Positions 39,737 to 49,492 of a stretch of 64,000 nucleotides of DNA are shown here, one piece after another. Position numbers and translations under genes: made by a program. The stretch comes from an uncultured virus (IMG/VR IMGVR_UViG_3300000304_000038) (lineage: Duplodnaviria > Heunggongvirae > Uroviricota > Caudoviricetes): the IMG/VR virus record IMGVR_UViG_3300000304_000038, one strand, 5' to 3'. Below the pieces are notes generated by a model that ran no database searches, was not told where the DNA came from, and was given only the letters and a program-made list of their open reading frames with translations. Positions within the stretch are counted from its first letter, which is position 1. Each line of letters starts with the position of its first letter.

Positions 39737-40641
39737 TCTCTTTCTCTATGAATAACAGCTAGCATTTCTCTGATATCTTCGAGGAGAGGATAGCGCTTGT
39801 AGGCAGTTGAGCAACGTGCAAACTGTTCCTTCACCATATCGACGTACATGGTAGATACACCATCTGCGCCCATATAGAACTCGTTCCATTCCTTCTTTGT
39901 CATTAGCTCCCGCACGGCTAGTTGTTTCAGGGCAAGATTGTCAAAGCTAATATTGGAGAACCAGCTCTGAGCAATCATCTTCTTGAGGTCAATGCGCATC
40001 GCATGAAGATTTCTGCTTACCGAGCTATGGAAGTTGTCAAGATAGTCAACACCTCGACCAAATTCCTTGTATCCAAGAATCAGAATCTTCAGATTCCTAT
40101 TAGCAAGCATCTCCAGCTCTCTCATGCTGACAACTCCCGCAATCACATGAATGACCGCATTCGGGAAAGTCTCAATCTGCTCGATGAATGTGGTGGTTGC
40201 CTTCTCAAGAGAGACACCAAGACCATATAGTAGCTTCTCGTTGACGAGCTTTCTGATATAGCTCTGATTGTCTTTATCCATGAAATGATGTTGGTTGATA
40301 GTGATAGAGGGAACGAGTTCACAATCTTTGCAAAGCAGAAGAAGTTCAGTCAGCCAAGGATATTCTAGGACGTTCCCGCCGCCAAGAGCAAGTTGTGTGT
40401 GCTTGGGAAGTCCGACAATGAACTTCTCCAGACTACTCCAATTGGCATGACATCCATCTTTCGTGGACTTCTCGTGGCACCACGGACAACCTCTATCACA
40501 TCTATTAGTAATCTTCATATCCATAGAATCTGGAAACTCGGGCCGCAATTGGTCTGCCTCGGTGTAACGAATCATCGTACCGTCATTGAGATCAAGAATT
40601 ACGTTGTAGTTGCCGTTCTTGTAAGTAACAATGTTAGCCAT
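39733..40641 (-). CDS. Radical SAM protein
   Basis: 'ITNRCDRGCPWC' CxxxCxxC, 'LGGGN'; ATGA overlap with nrdD. Confidence 0.88.
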   Translation of the reverse strand: MANIVTYKNGNYNVILDLNDGTMIRYTEADQLRPEFPDSMDMKITNRCDRGCPWCHEKSTKDGCHANWSSLEKFIVGLPKHTQLALGGGNVLEYPWLTELLLLCKDCELVPSITINQHHFMDKDNQSYIRKLVNEKLLYGLGVSLEKATTTFIEQIETFPNAVIHVIAGVVSMRELEMLANRNLKILILGYKEFGRGVDYLDNFHSSVSRNLHAMRIDLKKMIAQSWFSNISFDNLALKQLAVRELMTKKEWNEFYMGADGVSTMYVDMVKEQFARCSTAYKRYPLLEDIREMLAVIHRERE

Positions 40642-40643
40642 AA

Positions 40644-41075
40644 TTAGTAATTAGTCCCATACTCTCCGAAAGCTACCATCTTATCGCCGCTAGGAGTCGT
40701 GAACTTCTGCACGTAAGTCTCTAGATACTCTTGTTCAAACCAGTCCTCAAACGAAAGAACACCCTCTTCCTTTGCGGGAGAGTCAGAATACCAATCATTT
40801 TCGTCTCCCTCAAAGAAGCTATCATCGGTTGGATATCTATCATCCCCAGTAAGATTCTGCTCCTCGTTCACCTTTGCGGCCATAGCTAGAATCTCGTCTT
40901 TGGTCACAAACTCCTTACCAAAACGTGCTTCATCAAAAGCACCATAGGCACCACCCACGTAATATACGTCTTTGTTGTTCTTCCAATAGTCGAACTCGTC
41001 TTGGGTGACAATGCTTAGGGAATGTGTCGAGCTAGAGTTTGTCTCGAACACGCCACGTCTTACCTGAACAATCAT
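40644..41075 (-). CDS. Acidic protein with N-terminal FETNSSSTH motif
   Basis: MIVQVRRGVFETNSSSTHSL. Confidence 0.8.
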   Translation of the reverse strand: MIVQVRRGVFETNSSSTHSLSIVTQDEFDYWKNNKDVYYVGGAYGAFDEARFGKEFVTKDEILAMAAKVNEEQNLTGDDRYPTDDSFFEGDENDWYSDSPAKEEGVLSFEDWFEQEYLETYVQKFTTPSGDKMVAFGEYGTNY

Positions 41076-41084
41076 CTTATCTCC

Positions 41085-41573
41085 TTAGTTCCGTTTGTCG
41101 AATACGTCGAAATCATCCTCATTTTCACAACCGACCTCTGTTTCTGAGTTGTCGTTTCCCATGTGGATGACACTCTCTGGCCGCATCAATGCCCGCATGA
41201 GCAAATCCTCGTCATCAAGAATCTTGTCGAGGGTTCCTTCCCTTTCGAGAGTCTCTGAATGGTCAATATAGAACCACATGTTGTCTCTTGGCTTCTCGAA
41301 CGTATAAGTGACTCCATACTTGTCCAAGAGGCTACGAATCTTGTTCAGTCTCTCCTTGGCTTTCTCGTGTCTCTCTTCATTGAACTCAGAATCAAGGTCC
41401 ATGATTGCCGTATAGAGATAATCCGCAAAGTTCGCATCGTCAAAGTCCCAACCAAACTCTCCTAGGTGAAAGTCAATGTGACCGGGCATATCATCGACAG
41501 GTCGCTTGGAGATATTCAGCGTGTGCGTCGAACTGCTATTGGTCTCGAACACGTTTGCTCTGATTTGAAGCAC
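41085..41573 (-). CDS. Acidic protein with N-terminal FETNSSSTH motif
   Basis: MLQIRANVFETNSSSTHTL. Confidence 0.8.
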   Translation of the reverse strand: MLQIRANVFETNSSSTHTLNISKRPVDDMPGHIDFHLGEFGWDFDDANFADYLYTAIMDLDSEFNEERHEKAKERLNKIRSLLDKYGVTYTFEKPRDNMWFYIDHSETLEREGTLDKILDDEDLLMRALMRPESVIHMGNDNSETEVGCENEDDFDVFDKRN

Positions 41574-41617
41574 CTCTCCTCCTTTCGGTAATAAATATTG
41601 AATTCTAGCTCATTATC

Positions 41618-42214
41618 CTAATTCAGATTTGAACCGCAATATTTAGATTTTTCTAGTTTATATGATACCATATATTGAATCGACTGAATAGCCGGAAGAG
41701 TACATGTTGTAGAATCTACTTGAAGGAAAGTATCGAATTGTTTTGCGAATTCCTTGACTCCGAGAAAATCAATGGTGTCTGCGGCCCAACGTCTAAGAGC
41801 CTCCAATGAGAGCTTACCGTCCCTTTGAACATATCGCTTCAGCCGCACATAGAATGGGGCATTCATGTAGATTGGGATAATATCATAGGAACAAGCAAGC
41901 GCCACAAGACCGTGGAAGTCAACGACCACAATGTTTGCTTTGTCTGCGACAATTTCTTTCCTTTCTATTCCGTAATACCATCCTCTGAACTCGTTGGTCT
42001 CGATGAACTCGCCAGAATATCTTCGTTGTTTGAAAGTATCTTCATCAACAAAGTGGTATTCACGTCCTTCCATCTCACACGCTCTCTTGGGCCTAGTCGT
42101 GGTGGAGACAACGAGGTGGGCCGCATCGCCAAGATTGTCTGCCAAGTCTCGCGCGAAAGTATCCTTTCCACTTGCGGCCTTACCGAAGATAGCAATGACA
42201 ATAGGGAGACTCAT
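41618..42214 (-). CDS. gmk: Guanylate kinase
   Basis: 'GKAASGKDT' P-loop, 'STTTRPKR..E..GREYHF', 'YYG'. Confidence 0.9.
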   Translation of the reverse strand: MSLPIVIAIFGKAASGKDTFARDLADNLGDAAHLVVSTTTRPKRACEMEGREYHFVDEDTFKQRRYSGEFIETNEFRGWYYGIERKEIVADKANIVVVDFHGLVALACSYDIIPIYMNAPFYVRLKRYVQRDGKLSLEALRRWAADTIDFLGVKEFAKQFDTFLQVDSTTCTLPAIQSIQYMVSYKLEKSKYCGSNLN

Positions 42215-42522
42215 TATTCTGCCTCGGGCGCGTCACTTACTAGCTGAAGAGGTGCCCATTCGTCAGTCACAAGATACTGAACTCCGGTGGAATTATCTGT
42301 CAGCTTGAAGCCCGTGATGGGATTGCCTTCCTCGTCAGTCGCATCAACGAACTCTACACGCTCGACGCCAATAGTCGTAGGGTCTGTTGCTCCAAGGTTA
42401 TAATAACCATAAAAAATGGCCGCAACTGTTCCCATAGAAAACCCAATGGAAAGAATAATGATGATTACATACTCTAGAATCTTCTTCCAACGGGTAGTGA
42501 AAAATGTCTTTACCTTTTCCAT
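42214..42522 (-). CDS. Small membrane-anchored protein
   Basis: AAAGGAG RBS with ATG at 42522; one TM helix; 'D..TGVQYL'. Confidence 0.65.
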   Translation of the reverse strand: MEKVKTFFTTRWKKILEYVIIIILSIGFSMGTVAAIFYGYYNLGATDPTTIGVERVEFVDATDEEGNPITGFKLTDNSTGVQYLVTDEWAPLQLVSDAPEAE

Positions 42523-42557
42523 CAATCTCCTTTCAAAATGAGAAGAGGGGGAGGACA

Positions 42558-45500
42558 TCAGTCCTCCCCGTAGCGTTTATCCGTCCCTCTGAGAATATAT
42601 CCCTTGTAAAGCTCTGTTATCTTGTATATCTGCGGATAGACGGACTTCTTTCTTGAGCGGCATCTGAACATGTCACCGTTTCGCCATCCAGTGAGCATGA
42701 GAAGCGTGCCGCGATTGAACCAACTATTTTCGACAACCTTGTTCTCGCCGTCTACGATATCACTTATGCGGCGATTGTACTTTGCAAAATATTCAAGATT
42801 GAACTTTACTGTGACCACGCCAGACTCCGGTGTTAGCAAGTCAACCGTAGCCTTGGTATTATTCTTCCCAATAACTGTTCCGGCTATACGGCTCAGCTCA
42901 TAAATAGGAATTTCCCTTCCGTTCTTACTAAAAGTATACTCCACCTTGGGTTCACTTGTCAACGAGGAATATGGAACGACACCATAGGCCGCAAAGTCAA
43001 CATTAGCAAGTTCGTGGTCGTGGTAGTAGTAACCAAGGCTGTCCATCTCCCAAGTCGAATAGGTTCCTTGTGCGTACTTTTTCCATTGCTCTTGGAAGAG
43101 AACGTCATTGAAGGCGTTGAGAAGTTCCTCTTGATGCTCTTGGATATATTTCTTTGCTGGTTCCATAGCCTTCGTATAGAGCTTCTGCCATGTCTTCTGC
43201 GGAATGACGGTTGTTCCCTCGTATGGCTCCAAGAGGTCTAAGTCAAAGAACTGCTCGTAGAAGTCATAATAGCTATAGTTTATCACGTAGTAGTCTTTTA
43301 GTTTCTTCTTTGCGCGCAGAGCTTTGTTGAATACGAATACTCTCCTTTGAAATTCTAGCTCTTGCGGCAAAAGTCCGAGGTCAACAAGTCCCTTGAAATT
43401 CTGTAGAGTAAGACGCTTCTTTGGTTCGCTCGCTCGCCGCAAATATTGTTCCATCAAATCCTTGCGCTCACCGAATTTGTCGAATGCGCCAGATTTGATT
43501 AGAGCAATAATCATGGTCTTGTTAGAAGAAGTCACTTTGGATTCAAAATCCTCGATGGAAGTGTATGGACGATTCTCGATTATCTCTTGGATAGCCTCAC
43601 CACCAACACCTGTCAGTGACTTCATACCATAATAGATTGAGTTGGTAGCTTCGTCTGGCTCGAACATATAACCTGAGCGGTTGATATCCACTGGAAGGAC
43701 TTTGATATTATGGTGTTGGATATCTCCCACAGCTTTGGAAACCTTAGTATAGACCGTTGAAGAGTCTTCATCAAGTCCGCTGGTGACTCGAAGATACGCT
43801 GTGTTCCAATAGACGGAAGGAAAATAGGTTGCTAAATATGCGGCCTGAACTGCGATGTAAGAATAGCTGGTTCCATGAATCGAGGAAAAAGAATAACCCA
43901 TACTCGGTTGTAGTAAGAACCAAACATACTTTCCCATCGCAGGGCTGGTAGCACGGTCAAAAATCTTTTGCCGTTGTAGGGGGATTTCGTCCATATGCTT
44001 CTTGGCGACAGTTTTTCTCAAAGCGTTGCTTTCTTTTAGACTAAAGCCGCAAATCCTATCATCCATAACGATACGCATTAGCATTATATACTTCAACTTT
44101 CATTGAAGAGTAGACTATACCATCTTTACATCATAGCAAAGTCCCCATTATAGTCGTTGAACGTCCCTCTGAGCTAGAGGTTTCGATGCGTCTGGTTGCC
44201 CAATCCTTAGCGATGTTACCTTACCTTGGTCGCTAACCTCGCCGCTAATATATCCCTATATTAGTTTGGTTGCTAAGGCTCTAAGGGTATTCCCGCAGTT
44301 TAGGGGATTTATAGAGTGCCTAATACTTGTTCAAAAACTAACTTTTTTCTCGTAAGATATCGGTATTCGGTCTGATTGTAAAAAGCATTATATAAGAATC
44401 TCATATTTTCTCTATGATTATATCCAGTTCCTATTTTGAGCTGATACAAAGGCCGATTGACATTTATATTGTGTTGCGTTGTATATGGTCTTTTATATTC
44501 GCCTTGCATATTTATAAAAATCGAACTGGGATATGGGAGTATTGAAGAGAATTTTTGTTTGATTTGTTCTTCAAACTTTATATCTCCAACTATAGATATT
44601 CCCGGAGAGTGCTTGTATGGATGTACCGTTCCATCCCCATCAAAATACCCGTGGAAGAAAGAAAGAAAAAGATTGTCATTTTGTATAATACGAGAGTCAA
44701 TATAATTTTCTATAGAACTCTTATTTTGAACAATCCCATATTCAGTAACAAAAGTATGAAAGTTTTGTTGTTGAATAGTTATCGCAGCGCTTCTGCCGTG
44801 ATGCCCAAGATAGATTCTTTCTTTTCTTAGTCCTAATGTGTTACAAAAGTTATATAAAATCTCTATATCATCTATTTTTACTTCAAGAATAAGACGTTTA
44901 GGGCCATCTATCTTCTTATAGTCTTGAGGGGCAACACATCCATCTGCCATAATATATCCGAGCCAATATGCTCCCAATGTGGATAGCGGTTCATCAAATA
45001 GATTGAACGTTCTTATAATCTTTTCTGTAACATCAGGAAAAACATAATAGTCTTCTATTTTTCTATTTCTTTTTTGAAACCATTTTTCTGCGACACCCAG
45101 CTTTTTAGAGATACTATAAATACTAATAGGAGTATTATGATTCTCTATAAATAGTTCTAATGCTAAATCAGCGATTTCTTTATTATCTATCTCACGTTTG
45201 CCAATAAACATAATAATCATCTCCTTCACTTGTAAGATGATTATTATATACCCACTAGAAATATATTTTATACACAGGTTGACACTCTTGGTCAATTAGA
45301 ACTCCGTTACGAACGTATTTCTTGATTACGTTTTGCTCTTCTTTTGTCAAACCATAAGCATCCATCTCTTTATCCCATTGTTCAGGATGATTCATTATTC
45401 TAACATATCTATCAGTAGGAGTTTCGCCGCTATCATCTGCCATAAGCCGCATAATACCATTGCAGTCGTTCAAAGTTTCTATGTCTCTTGGAAGAAGCTT

Positions 45501-47797
45501 CTTGACTGTTTGTGAGCCTACGTCTGACACAAGTTGGAATAGGGCAAGAATATCTGTACTGTCAACAGCATCCCAGAGTTTATCATCGTTCATTGGCAAA
45601 ACATCTGGTGATACATACTTGTCATATGCTTGCCGCAAAGTTAGTTCTGGCTCAATCTTACCGTGCTCTTGGAGAAGTTTGATACACTGAGCCATAATAT
45701 CCATTTGCTGAGTTACAAGAATATCTACTTTGGTAGTTCCAGCATACTCTTGGTCGTGGAGTGACCATTGGGTAATAATCGAACCGTCTTTTGCTTTCAT
45801 AAAACAAGCTTCAGAATAAGGGTCATCATTATCGTAGAACCCCACTCCAGATGCGTGGATAGAACGATTTTGGATAAGTCCTTCTATTCCAAGCAAAATC
45901 TCTTTCAATCCCGGATACAGATTCACAACTTTGATAAACTCCTGAGACGGCTTTCTTCCTTTTTCTTGATTGCCATAGAAGCAATCTGACAAGCTATATA
46001 AGAAACCTCTCTCTTGGGGGACAAGACTTGAAAGATATTCTGCTTCATCTAACTCAATTCCATCTGGACAATCATTACTTCTATATCCTCGTGCGGCTAT
46101 TTTGATAGCTGCCTTGGTGGAGATAGTTCCATAAGTACAAATCTGTACGCATCCTAACTGACCTCGCTCTTCTCTAATCTTCTCAAAAACCTTTGGCCGC
46201 AAAGTGGGAGAGATATCAATATCAATCCTAGTTACCCTCGGTTTCCCGATATTTATTAGGGGAGTGGACTATACCATCATCCGTTCTGGATGGGCGTTGG
46301 TAGTCTCTACGGGCTTCTCTTGCGAGCTGTCCCACGGGATTGTCTTGCTCTTATGAGTTTAGATTTTCCCCGTTATTCCGCCTTTGCTTAGACTATTCCT
46401 AGTCTAAGGGACAAGTATGTTTATCCGGTAACTCGATACGCTCCTTATTGAGAAAACGCCAATAGGCAAAATGATGTTTGATTGGGTCAAGGCCAGTTAC
46501 ACCTAATAGCCAATGATTGAGACCAGCAGCCGCAGAGCCTCGTGCTACTCCAATAGGTGAACCAACGTCCCATATCATATCAATATAGTGTTGAAGAAAA
46601 TTAGGATAAGCAAAAATACAAGTATCAAGATGCTGACCAACATAATCCATAATATCAGCTTCGTATTCAAGCCGTTCGAGATAAGTATCACAGCCTAGAT
46701 GCTGAGGACTCAGATGCCGCAAATTTAGTTCGTTCTGACATTCGTTTATCCAATAGCGTTCTTGGGGGTTCTGTGAATGCATTAGTTTGTCAAGAGTAGG
46801 ATATTTTTCTTTATCATAGAAGTGATGATTTTCTGGCTCTATTGGATAGTTTGGGACTGGAGCTTCAACAATATGTTGATTTTTATGAAGAGTATAATAT
46901 TCACATCTATCATATATCTTCATAGAGTTAGCGCAAAGCTCTTCGTAATCAAGCCCAATACCTTCTAGGTTCTCTCTGATTTCTTCTTCGGATTGAAGAT
47001 ATGCATAAGCATAGAAAGAATCTACTTCTCTATCTCCTTCTTTGGAGTTTAGAAGAGCTTTGTGAACATATCTATCTTCTTTGCGGAGATAGTGACTGTC
47101 GCAAGTAACGCAGATAGGGAGGTCGAAAGCCTTAGCGATTGCCCCCATTCTTTTGTTTACAATCAACTGCTCTTCTGACCTCGCAGGTTGGACCTCAAGA
47201 GAGAAGTTATTATCTCCATAGGTATTCTTGCACCAAAGGAGAAAATCAACAATGTCCCTGTGAGCTTGGTTCATTTCTGCGGCGTTTCCGATAATCTCTG
47301 CCTCATGCAAATCAAGAATACGTTTGTCCAAGAATGATCCCAGGCAGGCACTTGATCCGTATATGTGTCCCTGTCCATATTTTTTGATAACAGCTTCTAT
47401 TTCAGAATAAAGAGTAGGGACTCTTTCTCCTCTGTCAAAATAGCTTTGTATCCAAGATTGAGAGGAAAGCTCTCTTAGCATCTTATGTCCCGTGGCATCC
47501 AGAGCCAAGAGTATGTGATGGTAGTATTGCTGTCCAGAGCTTCTATCTTTTGTGAGATATATCTCGTTTCCGCGAACAATCTTGAAGTCAGGATATTTTT
47601 CTTTATATTCTTCCTGAAGGCGGTCTAGCTCTACATGAGCACCAAGACTTTCGTGATCGGTAAGTCCTACGCCCGCAAGTCCTAATTCAATTGCTCTATC
47701 TATAAGTTGTCTTGGTCTGTTAGTTGCATCGAGAAGTCTGATGTTAGACCTAAGAATAGTGCGAGTGATTGTGAAAATCAAGCCTCGGCACTATCAT
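42558..47797 (-). CDS. dnaE: DNA polymerase III alpha: exons 47797-46423 (with 7 extra nt at 47749-47755), 46226-45282, 44081-42558
   Basis: PHP 'HNHSHYS', 'TDH', 'RGSAA', spliced 'ELPD|IDID', 'SIHASG', 'DQEC|LM', 'YSFS..H..SY', HhH and OB regions. Confidence 0.92.
44082..45281 (-). mobile_element. Group I intron dnaE-I2
   Basis: UGU| ... AUAAUG| boundaries (inferred); TTCAACGACTA...GTATAGTCTA core. Confidence 0.82.
44309..45213 (-). CDS. Intron-encoded LAGLIDADG homing endonuclease
   Basis: 'AYWLGYIMADG' and 'FFHGYFDGDG' motifs; start uncertain. Confidence 0.88.
46227..46422 (-). ncRNA. ORF-less 196-nt group I intron dnaE-I1
   Basis: GAU| ... CUAGG|; AATCCCGTG, GTAGAGACTA, GTATAGTCC; removal restores PDIDID. 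Confidence 0.88.
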
Positions 47798-48254
47798 TGG
47801 CATCACCTCCAGAAGTATCAAAAAGTCCTACGTGCCAATTTGTAAATATCTTATTTGACACGTCAATGAGAGCATTCTCAAGAGTCTTTAGTCTATTCTC
47901 TAAGTCTTTGATTCTTTCATCGTACAACTTGAATCTAGTTAGATCAATATCTCTCAGAGTTGGAGGCCAATATCCACCAATAGGAAAATTGTCTGGATTG
48001 GCTTTACGGAAACAAAGTCCCTCCAATTGTCCTTTTCTTTTTACCATATCAAACGTCTGAAGAAAAGCGTTTTCTCCAAAAGAGTTTACTATATAGACAG
48101 GCTCTTCGAGACTGTTATAACAAAAGTAATCACGTATAAACTTAGCTCTGCCTACTCCGCTCTCATTTTCTAGAAACTTACAGTTGTCTTTTACCACGTC
48201 TAATTTCGCTGGCGGATTGTATTCATAGGTCATATTATCAGCCGTCCAAGACAT
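47778..48254 (-). CDS. Hypothetical protein
   Basis: ATG at 48254 overlaps the upstream stop (TAATG); C-terminal coiled coil. Confidence 0.6.
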   Translation of the reverse strand: MSWTADNMTYEYNPPAKLDVVKDNCKFLENESGVGRAKFIRDYFCYNSLEEPVYIVNSFGENAFLQTFDMVKRKGQLEGLCFRKANPDNFPIGGYWPPTLRDIDLTRFKLYDERIKDLENRLKTLENALIDVSNKIFTNWHVGLFDTSGGDANDSAEA

Positions 48255-48517
48255 TATTGAATTACCTTCCCAGCTCTGATTTCCTTCTTCATATATGCGC
48301 CCTTCTGTCGGCCACACATTTCATCAGGAAGAACCTCTCCGGTTAGCTTCTCATAGTTGATATTCCAGCGATAACGTGAGAGCTTCCTCGAATTATCTTG
48401 CTCGTCAATCACGGTATAGCCGCAATCATAGCATTTTGAACCCCAACACTCGGGATTCTTGTGTTTGAAGCCGTTCACATTATGCCCACCGCACTTGGGA
48501 CATTTCGCCATTCTCAT
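48254..48517 (-). CDS. Lar-like Zn-ribbon protein
   Basis: 'CPKCGG...C.DCG...WN'. Confidence 0.6.
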   Translation of the reverse strand: MRMAKCPKCGGHNVNGFKHKNPECWGSKCYDCGYTVIDEQDNSRKLSRYRWNINYEKLTGEVLPDEMCGRQKGAYMKKEIRAGKVIQ

Positions 48518-48554
48518 AGGCTACTCCCTTCTCTATAGGATTTTCCTTGATTAT

Positions 48555-48599
48555 AGTATACCAAAAAAGAGGGCAGATGCCAAGGAAACATCTACCCTC
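48555..48599 (-). promoter_or_regulatory. Terminator overlapping a SigA-like promoter
   Basis: GAGGGTAGATG / CATCTGCCCTC hairpin with T6; TTGGCA-N17-TATACT inside it. Confidence 0.55.
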
Positions 48600-48602
48600 C
48601 TT

Positions 48603-49277
48603 CTAATTTGCTCGTTCGATTCTCTGTTGCGCCAATTTTACATAATCTTCATCCAAATCAATACCTATGAAATCCTTGTCTAATAGCTTGCAAGCAACTC
48701 CAAAAGAACCTGAGCCGCAAAACGGGTCGAGAATCTTATAGTCTGCGGGAATTATCCCAATGAGCCACTTGCATATCTCTATTGGCATTTGGCAAGGATG
48801 TGTAATTCCTATGCCGCCATCGTCCTTGTTCTTGTTCTTTATTTGCGGGCATTCCTTCCAATCGTATGAACGAGCGCCACCAGTCCTCTCAAACAGCTTC
48901 CTCACTCTTGGGTCATTCATGTCCTTATAAGGTTGTTTGTAGAGGTTGAAATCTGGCTTGATACCAAAGTATGCCGCATCCCTATGTTGTTTTTCTGTGT
49001 TAGCATTATAAACCCATGAACATACCTTGGTAGGAATCTGATTCATCCAAGAGGAGAGAACATATAGGCTCTCAGGATACATGACCACACAAGAAGGAGC
49101 AAGAGAGAATAACTTTGCCAAGTCTCTCCAATAGTCCTCGTCCTTCTTGTTGTCGGTGTAGGTTCTATAGTGGTATCTGATGTTATAAGGAGGGTCAGTT
49201 ACTATGACCGTCTTATCATCTATATAGCTCTCAGCCTCTTTATAGGAATCGCCGCAAACTACAATCTGTTCGCTCAT
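48603..49277 (-). CDS. Orphan DNA methyltransferase (m6A/m4C, beta class)
   Basis: 'TDPPY' precedes 'HP', 'LDPFCGSG', 'FIGID'. Confidence 0.9.
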   Translation of the reverse strand: MSEQIVVCGDSYKEAESYIDDKTVIVTDPPYNIRYHYRTYTDNKKDEDYWRDLAKLFSLAPSCVVMYPESLYVLSSWMNQIPTKVCSWVYNANTEKQHRDAAYFGIKPDFNLYKQPYKDMNDPRVRKLFERTGGARSYDWKECPQIKNKNKDDGGIGITHPCQMPIEICKWLIGIIPADYKILDPFCGSGSFGVACKLLDKDFIGIDLDEDYVKLAQQRIERAN

Positions 49278-49492
49278 TCGTCTACGCTTGGCTGACGCGC
49301 CTTGATGTTATCCACCTGCTCTTGGAGGGTCTCGATAATGAACTTATATCCACCGTCTCCGAAGAGATACCTTAGCTCCTCGATTATATCGTCTCCAACA
49401 GAGCCATGACATTTGCCGCCATTCGTCAGAATATCCATCATACGGTCTAGGTCTACGAGTTCATAGCCCAAGTCTATCTTATAATTATACAT
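49274..49492 (-). CDS. Hypothetical protein
   Basis: About 72 aa, overlaps both neighbours. Confidence 0.6.
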   Translation of the reverse strand: MYNYKIDLGYELVDLDRMMDILTNGGKCHGSVGDDIIEELRYLFGDGGYKFIIETLQEQVDNIKARQPSVDE

